Part shown: positions 46,493 to 54,635 of the stretch, piece by piece
How positions within the stretch are numbered: position 1 is the first letter of the stretch
Layout: every line of letters starts with the position of its first letter
Assembly: GCA_013151865.1 (NCBI GenBank)
Contig: JAADHN010000048.1
Location: 35,673 to 99,672, forward strand
DNA: 64,000 nucleotides
Direction of reading: 5' to 3'
Source: Kiritimatiellota bacterium
GTDB lineage: Bacteria; Verrucomicrobiota; Lentisphaeria; Oligosphaerales; JAADHN01
Notes under the pieces: generated by a model
The model's input: only the letters and a program-made list of their open reading frames with translations
The model's database searches: none
What the model was told of the DNA's origin: nothing
Position numbers and translations under genes: made by a program

Positions 46493-46569
46493 GGCGGGTT
46501 AGCTCAGTTGGTTAGAGCAGCGGAATCATAATCCGCGTGTCCGGGGTTCGAGTCCCTGACCCGCTACCA
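46493..46569 (+). tRNA. tRNA with anticodon CAT (elongator Met, or Ile2 if lysidine-modified), CCA encoded
   Basis: Manual cloverleaf: acceptor GGCGGGT/ACCCGCT, D-arm GCTC-AGTTGGTTA-GAGC, anticodon arm GCGGA-ATCATAA-TCCGC, variable loop GTGTC, T-arm CGGGG-TTCGAGT-CCCTG, discriminator A, then CCA. It lacks the initiator features (no C1xA72, no 3 G-C pairs closing the anticodon stem). Confidence 0.9.
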
Positions 46570-46859
46570 TCAGTTTCGTGCCTTGCCTTGTCTTCCGTTC
46601 CCGTGTCGTCCCCCGGCGCCGGACCGAACGCGCCTTTCGTTCGGCTCCAACCGGCTTTTCACGATCAGTGGATTGAACCCTGCCCACCTTGCGGCTAGAG
46701 TAGCGTCCGGGCGTGAGCTGCACTTGGCTTCTGTCCGTCCGATGAATAGCGAGGCCGGGCGATACGTCAGTAGGAACAGCCGGACGTCCACGGTCCGCGT
46801 GATGTGCCGCAGGGGGGAGGGGGGCAGGATGGCGGCGTCCAAAACGGGATTGCAGCACG

Positions 46860-47414
46860 GTGAAGACTGACGTACAAAAAGGCGACCTGCTGATCGCGTC
46901 CGTTTCACTGGTGGACCCCAATTTTCAGCGCACGGTCGTCCTGTTGTGCGAACACAGCGACGCGGACGGTTCGTACGGCTTGGTCCTGAATCGTCCGATC
47001 GACGTGCCGGCCGGACTCGAAGACCAACTGGGGTTTGCCGGGGGGGCATTGTTTGTCGGGGGGCCGGTTCGTCAGGATGCGCTTCAAGTCCTGCACCGTT
47101 TGGGCGATCATGTTCCGGGCGGCGTGGAAGTGATCCCCGGTGTTTGGATCGGCGGGGACTTTGGTATCATCCGGCAGGGCCTCGAATCCGGCGAGTTTTC
47201 AAGGGAGGATTTCCGGTTCTATCTCGGGTATGCGGGGTGGGGCGAAGGGCAATTGGCCCGGGAAATGGAAACCGACAGTTGGTTGACCGTTCGTGCCACC
47301 ACCGACCTGGTTTTTCTCGGAGATGCACACAGGCAGTGGCTGGCGGCGGTGCGCGCCCGCGGGCGCGTGGCGCCGATGCTGGCGAATTACCCGGAAGATC
47401 CACGGTGGAATTGA
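46860..47414 (+). CDS. YqgE/AlgH-family protein (UPF0301)
   Basis: Track ORF (GTG start). Matching segments are LLIASVSLVDPNFQRTVVLLCEH, GLVLNRP, FVGGPVRQD and YLGYAGWGEGQLAREME. Confidence 0.85.
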   Translation: MKTDVQKGDLLIASVSLVDPNFQRTVVLLCEHSDADGSYGLVLNRPIDVPAGLEDQLGFAGGALFVGGPVRQDALQVLHRLGDHVPGGVEVIPGVWIGGDFGIIRQGLESGEFSREDFRFYLGYAGWGEGQLAREMETDSWLTVRATTDLVFLGDAHRQWLAAVRARGRVAPMLANYPEDPRWN

Positions 47415-47459
47415 GCCGTCGACCGACGGTCGCGGCCGTTTGCGAGGCAGGAGGCGTTC

Positions 47460-48764
47460 ATGAAAAACACAGACTACAATGGAAACCCGAGACAAGGCCG
47501 GCGGTTTGCCCTCTCGTTCATCGTCGTTGCGGGCATCGTTGCGGCCGAGGCGGGAGGGGCGCCTGCCCCAAAACCGGATGGTCCGATAACCGGATTGGCC
47601 AACGACGACGTTTTTGTCCATAAAGTCACTTTGCTGAAAGAGGGCGGTCAGTCGGTGTCATGGGCGCCCAACCCCAAGCGGATCCTCCTTTCGCGTCGCA
47701 GCGTGGACCGTTATTACCGGGTTTTCGTGCTGAGTTCCGATGGGATCGGCCGTTGTCTCACACTGGGGATGCAGGGGGGGCGTCTGCATCGGGCCAATGC
47801 ATCGTGGTACCCCACGGGAGAATACGTCGTCTTCACGGCTCAGAATCCCGGCAGTCCCTACAAGCCGGCGTTGCCCGGAATGGGCTTGAACTCGAACATC
47901 TGGCTTACCGACGCTGGAGGGAATTCGTTTTGGCAGCTCACGCACATCGTGACGAGTTTTACCCGTCCGAAGGGGACGGTCCTGCCCTATTTTTCCCCGG
48001 ACGGAAGACGCCTCTTCTGGGCCGGGAATACCGGGCAGTGGGACGCGGAGAAACATGCATGGGGCGAGCGTGCGCTCTACCTCGCCGATTTCAAGTTCGA
48101 CGACAAGGGCGTACCGCACTTAAGCAATCAGCGAAAATTCCAGCCCGGGGAACGACGGGACTTTTACGAAAGTCACGGGTTCTCTCCGGATGGGACGCTG
48201 CTTCTGTTCAGCGCCAACCCAGGGAAAGATCAGTCGGTGTATGGGATGGACATTTGCGTCCTGGATCCGCAATCGAAGAAGATGACCAACTTGACCGATA
48301 CACCGGACATCTGGGACGAGTACGCCGCCTTTTCTCCGGACGGGCGCAAGATCGTTTGGGCCTCGAACGCGAGCCAGAACGTGCAAGTGCCGACTTTCGG
48401 AGTGCGCGACTGGAAGCGCTTCCTGCGCAGTGAAGTCTGGATTATGGACCGCAACGGTTCCCATCCTCGGCAGCTCACGCATTTCAATACTCGGGGGTTT
48501 CCCGAATACATCGGCCGGCGTTCTTTCATCGGCGGTTTGGCCTGGGCGCCGGACAATCGTCGACTGGCGGTCATCGTCAACACCGACAGTCCGCCCACGA
48601 TCAAGGCGAAGACCTTCCTGGTCGAACTGGGCGCCGGTCCGCCGACCGAGCAAAACGAGGGAACGAAGCGTGGAGGCAAGAAGAGCAAACCGCCCGTCCC
48701 CGGCAAGAAAGGTGCTGATGGCAAGCGCCTGCCTGGTCGGCCGGTGTTGCCGCTACGATACTGA
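47460..48764 (+). CDS. Secreted TolB-like PD40/WD40 beta-propeller repeat protein with a Lys-rich tail
   Basis: Track ORF with SD GGAGG and a signal-like N-terminus (FALSFIVVAGIVAAEAGGA). It has repeated FSPDG motifs (YFSPDGRRLFWAG, FSPDGTLLLFSAN, FSPDGRKIVWASN, WAPDNRRLAV). Confidence 0.8.
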   Translation: MKNTDYNGNPRQGRRFALSFIVVAGIVAAEAGGAPAPKPDGPITGLANDDVFVHKVTLLKEGGQSVSWAPNPKRILLSRRSVDRYYRVFVLSSDGIGRCLTLGMQGGRLHRANASWYPTGEYVVFTAQNPGSPYKPALPGMGLNSNIWLTDAGGNSFWQLTHIVTSFTRPKGTVLPYFSPDGRRLFWAGNTGQWDAEKHAWGERALYLADFKFDDKGVPHLSNQRKFQPGERRDFYESHGFSPDGTLLLFSANPGKDQSVYGMDICVLDPQSKKMTNLTDTPDIWDEYAAFSPDGRKIVWASNASQNVQVPTFGVRDWKRFLRSEVWIMDRNGSHPRQLTHFNTRGFPEYIGRRSFIGGLAWAPDNRRLAVIVNTDSPPTIKAKTFLVELGAGPPTEQNEGTKRGGKKSKPPVPGKKGADGKRLPGRPVLPLRY

Positions 48765-49200
48765 GCACAGACGGCTGCCGTTGGTGACCCGACTGATGGG
48801 TCGGGCGGACGTGCGCGTTGTTGCCTTCTGCCCCGAAGTGGCCGGGGGGCTGTCCGTGCCCAGATCGCCTGCCGCCATCTCTGGCGGTGACGGCGGGGAT
48901 GTGCTGGACGGTTTGGCGGTCGTCCGAACCGTGGACGGACGGGATGTCACTGCCGCGTTTCTGTCCGGCGCTCGGAAGGCGGTCGAGCTGGTCCGGCGTC
49001 ACAAGCCGGACCTTGTCGTTCTCAAAGCCCGAAGCCCTTCCTGCGGACTCCGCAACGTGCATTGCGCCGAAACGAGGGGGGCGTTGCACCCCGGCGCCGG
49101 CGTGACCGCCGCGCTGTTGCGGAGGTTGTTCCCCGAACTTCCGCTCTGTACGGAAGAAGAGCTGGCGGACGCATCGCTGGTCCGTTCATTGCCCGAGTGA
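48718..49200 (+). CDS. DUF523 (YbbK/TudS-like) Cys-rich protein
   Basis: In frame within track ORF 48430..49200, with the start at ATG 48718 (MASACLVGRCCRYDTEH...). Also LKARSPSCG. It overlaps the 3' end of the PD40 gene by 47 nt. Confidence 0.75.
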   Translation: MASACLVGRCCRYDTEHRRLPLVTRLMGRADVRVVAFCPEVAGGLSVPRSPAAISGGDGGDVLDGLAVVRTVDGRDVTAAFLSGARKAVELVRRHKPDLVVLKARSPSCGLRNVHCAETRGALHPGAGVTAALLRRLFPELPLCTEEELADASLVRSLPE

Positions 49201-49679
49201 GCCGATCATCTACGGCCGGGGGCGTGCGAAGGATTCGCGTCGGAATTCGCTGACGTTGTCGAGGCAGCCGGCTCCTTTTCTGCGTTTCCGCGCCATTGAG
49301 GCGAATCGGCATTCGGGCTCGGAATCTATGCGGAGTCTCCTTGGCGAGTATCGTCCCGCCCGACCTGAACAACGCATGGGCCATCTGCCGCGATGGCGCA
49401 TCTCGCATGCTTTCAAAACATTGCCGCCGCTCACCGACCGAGGCGGCATTGCAACACAGTCCTGCCCGGCGTTTGCCGCAATGACCTGTGTCCATCCAAA
49501 CTGTGCCCTCTCGCGACGAAGTGCATGAATCAATAAGGCCAGAATGGGATCATCCAAGTTGCGCCGCCCCGAATCGGGCGGGAGCACGATTTCCCGAGGG
49601 CTGGAATTCGGGCATGAGCACGGCGTTGGCAGTGGGCGTTCGACTTCACAAAATCCCGAATTGAAACCACCGAGTTCAG

Positions 49680-51035
49680 GTGCATCGTTCCCTGAAAAAG
49701 TATCTGGCCGCACGCGCCGTCGTTCGGCCTTTGATCGGTCTCGACGGTCGCCTTCCGGCGGGTGTGGACCGCGCCGTGGTTGTTCCGGCCCGGGAAGAGT
49801 TCGGCGCCCTCCCCGCCACGCTCGAATCACTGGCCCGGGCGCCGCTCGAGGTGCTCCGCCGGACGCTGGCGGTGGTCGTGGTGAACAACTCGCCCCCCCC
49901 GGACCCCGTCCGAGTCGCGGCAGACCGGGTCGCGCAGTGGCGGGCCGGGGTCGCGGATAACCGGCAGACCCTCGAGTGGCTCGGGAACCATCGGGAGGCG
50001 TTCGGTTTTACTCTCGCCTGGGTCGACGCCGTTTCTCCAGGGCGCGAACTTTCCCCGGCCTTCGGCGTGGGCCTGGCCCGCAAAATCGGGTGCGACAGTG
50101 TCCTGCATTGGCTGTACTGCGGCGCGGCAGATCGGGAAGTTGCGCCGCCTGAGAGGTTCGTGATCCTGAACCTGGACGCCGATGCTCCCGTGAATCGCGA
50201 CTATCTCGTTGCGGCCGTCAAGGAGCTGTCGGCTTCGGGCTTGCCCGGTGGAGTCACACGATTCAGGCATCGGACCGCGCCGACACCGGCGCATCAGTAC
50301 GCCATCGACTGCTACGAACTCTACCTGCGGTACTACGTGGCCGGGCTGGTCTGGGCCCGCTCTCCGTATGCGTTTCACACGGTCGGTTCGACGATCGTTT
50401 GCAGCGCCGCCGGGTATGCGGCCGCCGGCGGTTTCTCTCGCAAACGCCGTGCCGGCGAAGATTTTTATCTTGTGCAGCAACTGGTCAAGGTCGGTGGAGT
50501 GTGCCGGGTGCACGGCGCCGAAGTCTTCCCGTCGCCACGGGTATCTGAGCGCGTTCCGTTCGGCACCGGGCCTGCCGTGCGGGAGATTCTGGTCCATTCC
50601 GACCGTCCATACCTGGTTTACGCTCCCGAGGTTTTCCCGGTTGTGAAGAGCCTGCTCGAGGCGATTCGGGGGGCCGTGAGCCCTGCCCCTGACGCTGAAG
50701 ATCTGTTGACTAAACTGCCGCCGGCCGCCGCGGCGTTTCTCGCCGAACGCGGATTTGTCCGACAGTGGGACCGCTTCGCCCGGCAGTTCTCGGTTGCTCA
50801 GGCCCGTCTTCGTGCGTTTCACGGCTGGTTTGACGGCTTGGCCACGCTGCAGCTCATTCATCACCTGACGGCGGAGTGTTGGGCCAAGCGTCCTCTGATC
50901 GAGGCATGGAACGGACTTCTGGGATTGATGGGGCGGAGCGCTCCCCGGATTCGGGCCCCGGGCGATCTGCTCGCCTGGGTGCGGGAAGAAGGACTGGATT
51001 ATCCGGGTGACGAGACGTCCGGTTTCGGGGGGTGA
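49680..51035 (+). CDS. GT-A fold glycosyltransferase-like protein (family 2-like), function unknown
   Basis: Track ORF (GTG start, uncertain). Supporting segments are AVVVPAREEF...VVVVNNS, the DxD-like NLDADAP, and RAGEDFYLVQQL. The family call is from pattern recall only. Confidence 0.55.
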   Translation: MHRSLKKYLAARAVVRPLIGLDGRLPAGVDRAVVVPAREEFGALPATLESLARAPLEVLRRTLAVVVVNNSPPPDPVRVAADRVAQWRAGVADNRQTLEWLGNHREAFGFTLAWVDAVSPGRELSPAFGVGLARKIGCDSVLHWLYCGAADREVAPPERFVILNLDADAPVNRDYLVAAVKELSASGLPGGVTRFRHRTAPTPAHQYAIDCYELYLRYYVAGLVWARSPYAFHTVGSTIVCSAAGYAAAGGFSRKRRAGEDFYLVQQLVKVGGVCRVHGAEVFPSPRVSERVPFGTGPAVREILVHSDRPYLVYAPEVFPVVKSLLEAIRGAVSPAPDAEDLLTKLPPAAAAFLAERGFVRQWDRFARQFSVAQARLRAFHGWFDGLATLQLIHHLTAECWAKRPLIEAWNGLLGLMGRSAPRIRAPGDLLAWVREEGLDYPGDETSGFGG

Positions 51036-51345
51036 GTGGGGCCACACCGGAAAGGGGGCGCACCTGCTCGACGACATGAGATCCCGATCCCAATCAAGAT
51101 CAGGAGGCGTCCCGCGCGACGAGTCCGGCAATTGTCTCGAAAACGCTGGGAACGGGTCGAACTCCCAGGCGCTGCCGGATCGTCCGGACAAGCCTGAGAG
51201 GCTTTGCAGAGCTGGTTTGGCCCGACCAGCAGCCCTTGAGCTGTCCATTGGGCGGACGGTTACGCGGGCGCCCGCCCTCCGCCATGGGGCATGGACGCGA
51301 ATTCCTTCTGCGCCGGGTGCGAGTTTCGCCGTTTTTCGGAAAAGC

Positions 51346-51376
51346 AAACGGCCCGCCGCGTTTGACGCGGCCGTTT
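51346..51376 (-). terminator. Candidate intrinsic terminator of the outer-membrane barrel gene
   Basis: Hairpin AAACGGCC(cgc)CGCG-tttga-CGCGGCCGTTT, 30 nt downstream of the stop at 51407. On the minus strand it is followed by GCTTTTCCGAAAAACGG. Confidence 0.45.
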
Positions 51377-51406
51377 GTGTTCAGACGCCAGGAACGGTAC
51401 GGGAAC

Positions 51407-52792
51407 TCAGAAGCTGTAGACCGCCTGGAACCGGAGCCATTCGCTGTTGTGACCGTCGGCCCAGTAATCGCCGGGGCGGAAAGCCGAGGCTTCGAAGGCT
51501 ACGGCCAAGGCGTCAGTCACTTTGACGTCCAGGAAGGCGCTGAGCAACTGGCCGAAACCGTCGTCGGCGGGGGCATTGAAGCCGTTTTCGCCGTAATCGG
51601 CGCGCAACACGGCCCAAGCGCCGGTCAACGTCACCTTCTCGCTCAAGTCCAGCTTGAGTTGGGTGCGGAGCTGCTTCAGATTGGTCCAATTCGCGTTGTT
51701 CAGGATCGGGATAAGTTCCTCACGCCAAATCGGGTATTCGGCGAAGACCGGGTGCCAGCCTTCGTATTCCCGGTTCGACGTCGGGTCGTCTCCGCTCAAG
51801 TATGTGTATTCGAACGAAAGGACCGGATTCATGGACGTGCCTTCGGCCGCCTTGAGCGCCAACCGGGCGTCCACCATGCTCCCGGTCACGTCCGCGCTGG
51901 TACTGATCATCCGATTCCCGTACTGCTGCGCGGCTTCGATGCTGTAGTCGATTTGTTCGGTCGGACTCCCGAACACCCGGGCGCCCACGATATGCAACTC
52001 AGCGTTTTCGTCGGCGAAATGGTTGTATTCGACTGCCGGCAGTACGCCCGGATCTTCGTCGTTGATGTCGACGTAGAAATAATAAAGGTCGGTGTTGACC
52101 TTCGAGCTGAATTCATGGGTCCAGTAGGCGGCCGCGGCCCAGATATCGCCGAGGCGCAGGTTGCGCTCGCGGTCGTTGATGACCAAGGTGTTGTCTTTGT
52201 AGCCGTTCCGCACCAGGGCCAGGCTGAGGGTATCGCCTTCTTGCTGGTACTTGGCCAACACGCCATCGAAATAGATGGTCCGACCTTGGTCGAAAGGCGT
52301 GCCTTCGAGCCAAACCATGCCGTTTCCGAAGACGATGTCCTGCCGGCCGAGGGTCACGGACCAGTTGCTGTCCAACACGTTCTGGAAACTCAAATTCAAC
52401 TGGTCGAAAATGACCTCATCCGGGAAGTTCCAAGTGTTGGCGCCGGTCCCGTCATCGTACGCGAAGGCTTGGTTGTTCGGATCGTTCGGGCTGCTGCCGA
52501 AGCGATGCCAACGGTTGACGAGGCGGATATTCAGGCAGGTGTCCGCCCACAGATCGAAGCAACCCCAAACGCGTTCGCGAACGCGCAGATACTCAAGGGC
52601 CGGGCCGTTGTTGACGCCCCAGTCTCCGGGCCAGATTGCGTTCCGATCAAATCGCGTCATACGGATACGGATGTCCGCGCCGATCCGGCACTCTTTGCCT
52701 TCGGAGTATTCATACGTCCACCCTTTGGCAAAGACCCCGCCGGCCACCAGAAAAGACAACCCCAGAAGCGCACCACCGATGAGTCGTTTCAT
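51407..52792 (-). CDS. Outer-membrane beta-barrel protein, possibly alginate-export (AlgE-like) family
   Basis: Track ORF with a strong RBS (AAAGGAGAAAGGG) and signal peptide MKRLIGGALLGLSFLVAGGVFA. It shows an alternating amphipathic pattern, Arg-rich strands (IRIRMTRFDRN, YLRVRERVW), and a terminal aromatic (LRFQAVYSF). Confidence 0.65.
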   Translation of the reverse strand: MKRLIGGALLGLSFLVAGGVFAKGWTYEYSEGKECRIGADIRIRMTRFDRNAIWPGDWGVNNGPALEYLRVRERVWGCFDLWADTCLNIRLVNRWHRFGSSPNDPNNQAFAYDDGTGANTWNFPDEVIFDQLNLSFQNVLDSNWSVTLGRQDIVFGNGMVWLEGTPFDQGRTIYFDGVLAKYQQEGDTLSLALVRNGYKDNTLVINDRERNLRLGDIWAAAAYWTHEFSSKVNTDLYYFYVDINDEDPGVLPAVEYNHFADENAELHIVGARVFGSPTEQIDYSIEAAQQYGNRMISTSADVTGSMVDARLALKAAEGTSMNPVLSFEYTYLSGDDPTSNREYEGWHPVFAEYPIWREELIPILNNANWTNLKQLRTQLKLDLSEKVTLTGAWAVLRADYGENGFNAPADDGFGQLLSAFLDVKVTDALAVAFEASAFRPGDYWADGHNSEWLRFQAVYSF

Positions 52793-53098
52793 GAGTCCCT
52801 TTCTCCTTTCTTTCTCGCCTGCAGTCTGTTCCCGTCTCGTTCACCCGCGAACTCCAGCAATCCAATTCGGACCCTTTTCCCGCCTCTCTCGATACCTCCT
52901 GTGTTGTTCCTGCTCTCCTCCACCGGCGCACTATCCGCAGTACTTGCCCGCCTGAGAACGCGCCGGTCCGACACTTTTCCGGCAGACGCCGGAACGGTCC
53001 ATTCAAGCCTTGATCGGCAGGTAGAGTCGCGCCGAACCAAGCGTTTCCGAACTGCACTCGGCAGCGCTGTGCCATCTCGTTTTCCACAAATCCCTGTA

Positions 53099-53127
53099 CT
53101 TATATCGCCGCTTCAGGCGCATTTCAA
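53099..53127 (-). promoter_or_regulatory. Candidate sigma70-type promoter giving a leader of about 300 nt for the barrel gene
   Basis: On the minus strand: TTGAAA (53127-53122), a 17-nt spacer, then TATAAG (53104-53099). It lies just downstream of an A8/T8 run (53141-53148) that may terminate the upstream zinc-ribbon gene. Confidence 0.4.
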
Positions 53128-53204
53128 ACACGAATCGGACAAAAAAAACATGTTGCCTCGGTGGAATGTCGTACGTGTCCACGCAGCCTGACACGGAAAA
53201 GGGC

Positions 53205-53945
53205 CTATTTGACGGTCAGCGTCACCTTGTCTTCTTCCACGTCGATGAGAACGATTCGGGCGATGAAGTTCTGCAACTTCGGTTCGGTTGCAAGCAAGGC
53301 CTGGAAGCGTGCGAGCACCGTGTCCTGGAGCGGGCCGGGCAAGGACAGTTTGCCCATGGCGGCGGAGAACAGCTCGAAACCGACCCCGCCGTCCTCTTTG
53401 GCCTCGAAATTGCCGAGAAGCGTACAATAAATCGGCAACTTCCCCATGAAACGGGAGCGGAGAACGATTTTCACATAGCCGCTGCTCAGCAACTGAATAC
53501 TCAAATGCTCGGGGCGGAGGCCGGCGCCGCCGGATTCCTGCTCGGCTTCACCTTCCGCCGTTGCTCCAGTCTCTCCGTCCAATCGGAACAGCTTGTTGGC
53601 CAACGCGGTGATTTCCTCGGAACTGAACGTAAAGGCACGCTGCCGGCGGGTGGCGAACATTTGCCGCGCCCGGGCAACGGCACGCTGCATTTCCCGGTCA
53701 TCCAGTTGGCCCACAACGCTTCCCGGAGCGGGAAGCAACAGGCCTGCGAGGATCCCGCCAAGGGCCACAAGGACAACGAGTGCGACGATCCGCCCGACGA
53801 CCGTTTTCAGGTTCTTGGTTACGGACGCCTGTTTCTTCATTTCCGTTTCCGGCCGGATTTCATTCAAGTTGAGTTTGGCGCCGCAGCTCCGGCAGAAAAT
53901 GGCCCCGACCATGTTGTCCGCACCGCATTCCTGGCAATGGATCAT
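53205..53945 (-). CDS. Zinc-ribbon membrane protein (N-terminal CxxC-x-CxxC, one TM, periplasmic domain)
   Basis: Track ORF. Sequence: MIHCQECGADNMVGAIFCRSCGAKL, then TM IVALVVLVALGGILAGLLL. It starts 12 nt after the FmdB-like gene stop. Confidence 0.7.
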   Translation of the reverse strand: MIHCQECGADNMVGAIFCRSCGAKLNLNEIRPETEMKKQASVTKNLKTVVGRIVALVVLVALGGILAGLLLPAPGSVVGQLDDREMQRAVARARQMFATRRQRAFTFSSEEITALANKLFRLDGETGATAEGEAEQESGGAGLRPEHLSIQLLSSGYVKIVLRSRFMGKLPIYCTLLGNFEAKEDGGVGFELFSAAMGKLSLPGPLQDTVLARFQALLATEPKLQNFIARIVLIDVEEDKVTLTVK

Positions 53946-53957
53946 AACAACATCACC

Positions 53958-54281
53958 TTATTGCTTGGATGCCTTTCCTTCATTCCCGGAAGTTTTCGCG
54001 GATGCGGCGGCTTTTGTCTCCGACTTGGCCTCGGGCGTCTTCTTCGATTCGGCCGCCGGTTGTCCGTCCTTTTCTTTCCGGGCGTCGCCGCCGCCGTTGT
54101 TCTTCTTGTAATCCGTGCAATAAAAGCCGCTGCCCTTAAAGATGATTCCGGCGCCGGCCCCGATCAGTCGCTTGACACGACCGCCGCACAGCCGGCATTC
54201 GGACAAGCGCGGTTCGGTCATGCTCTGGAAGACTTCGAAGGTCTCTCCGCAATCGAGGCATTTGTATTCGTAGGTTGGCAT
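53958..54281 (-). CDS. FmdB-family zinc-ribbon protein (CxxC_CxxC_SSSS) with a Lys/Ala/Glu-rich tail
   Basis: Within track ORF 53958..54386, with the start at ATG 54281 (MPTYEYKCLDCGETFEVFQSMTEPRLSECRLCGGRVKRL). Confidence 0.85.
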   Translation of the reverse strand: MPTYEYKCLDCGETFEVFQSMTEPRLSECRLCGGRVKRLIGAGAGIIFKGSGFYCTDYKKNNGGGDARKEKDGQPAAESKKTPEAKSETKAAASAKTSGNEGKASKQ

Positions 54282-54635
54282 CCGCCGTTCCTCGCGATAG
54301 AACAAGTGCGGTTCGCTCCCGCTGTCTCGGATTCGGGAGCAAGGGACGGTCTGAGCAAAGCACCCGGTTGTTGAGACAGCCCGCAAAGGTACTGCTTCAG
54401 GCCGAGGCTGTCAATTCGGCGCAAACCGGTTCGTCTGGCGGGGGGAAGCGGGGTTGCGCAATCGACGTTGCGTCATGCACCCCGAGAGGTGGCCGCGGGG
54501 TCGAAGTTGCGGGGACCTGTTTGCGGAGTCCGCAAATGCGCCCCCATGCCGTGTGACGGCGTGGGGCTCGACTTCTAGAATGCAGGGTGAGCCCTGAAAC
54601 AGGTCGTACACGATTTCAGCTTGGCTCGGCTCGGT

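Noticed and set aside
46493-46859. tRNA gene as a genomic-island integration site
   Set aside because: No integrase, no direct repeat of the tRNA 3' end, and no compositional change follow it. The next genes (yqgE, PD40) look native.
49350-49530. Frameshifted XRE-family HTH pseudogene on the minus strand
   Set aside because: Only about 20 residues resemble an HTH. The continuation needs an ad hoc frameshift and still aligns poorly. I kept it only as a low-interest note.
51236-54374. Plus-strand ORFs of 651 and 402 aa (51236..53191 and 53166..54374)
   Set aside because: Both are antisense to the barrel, zinc-ribbon and FmdB genes, which have a signal peptide, a strong RBS and CxxC motifs. 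These are shadow ORFs.
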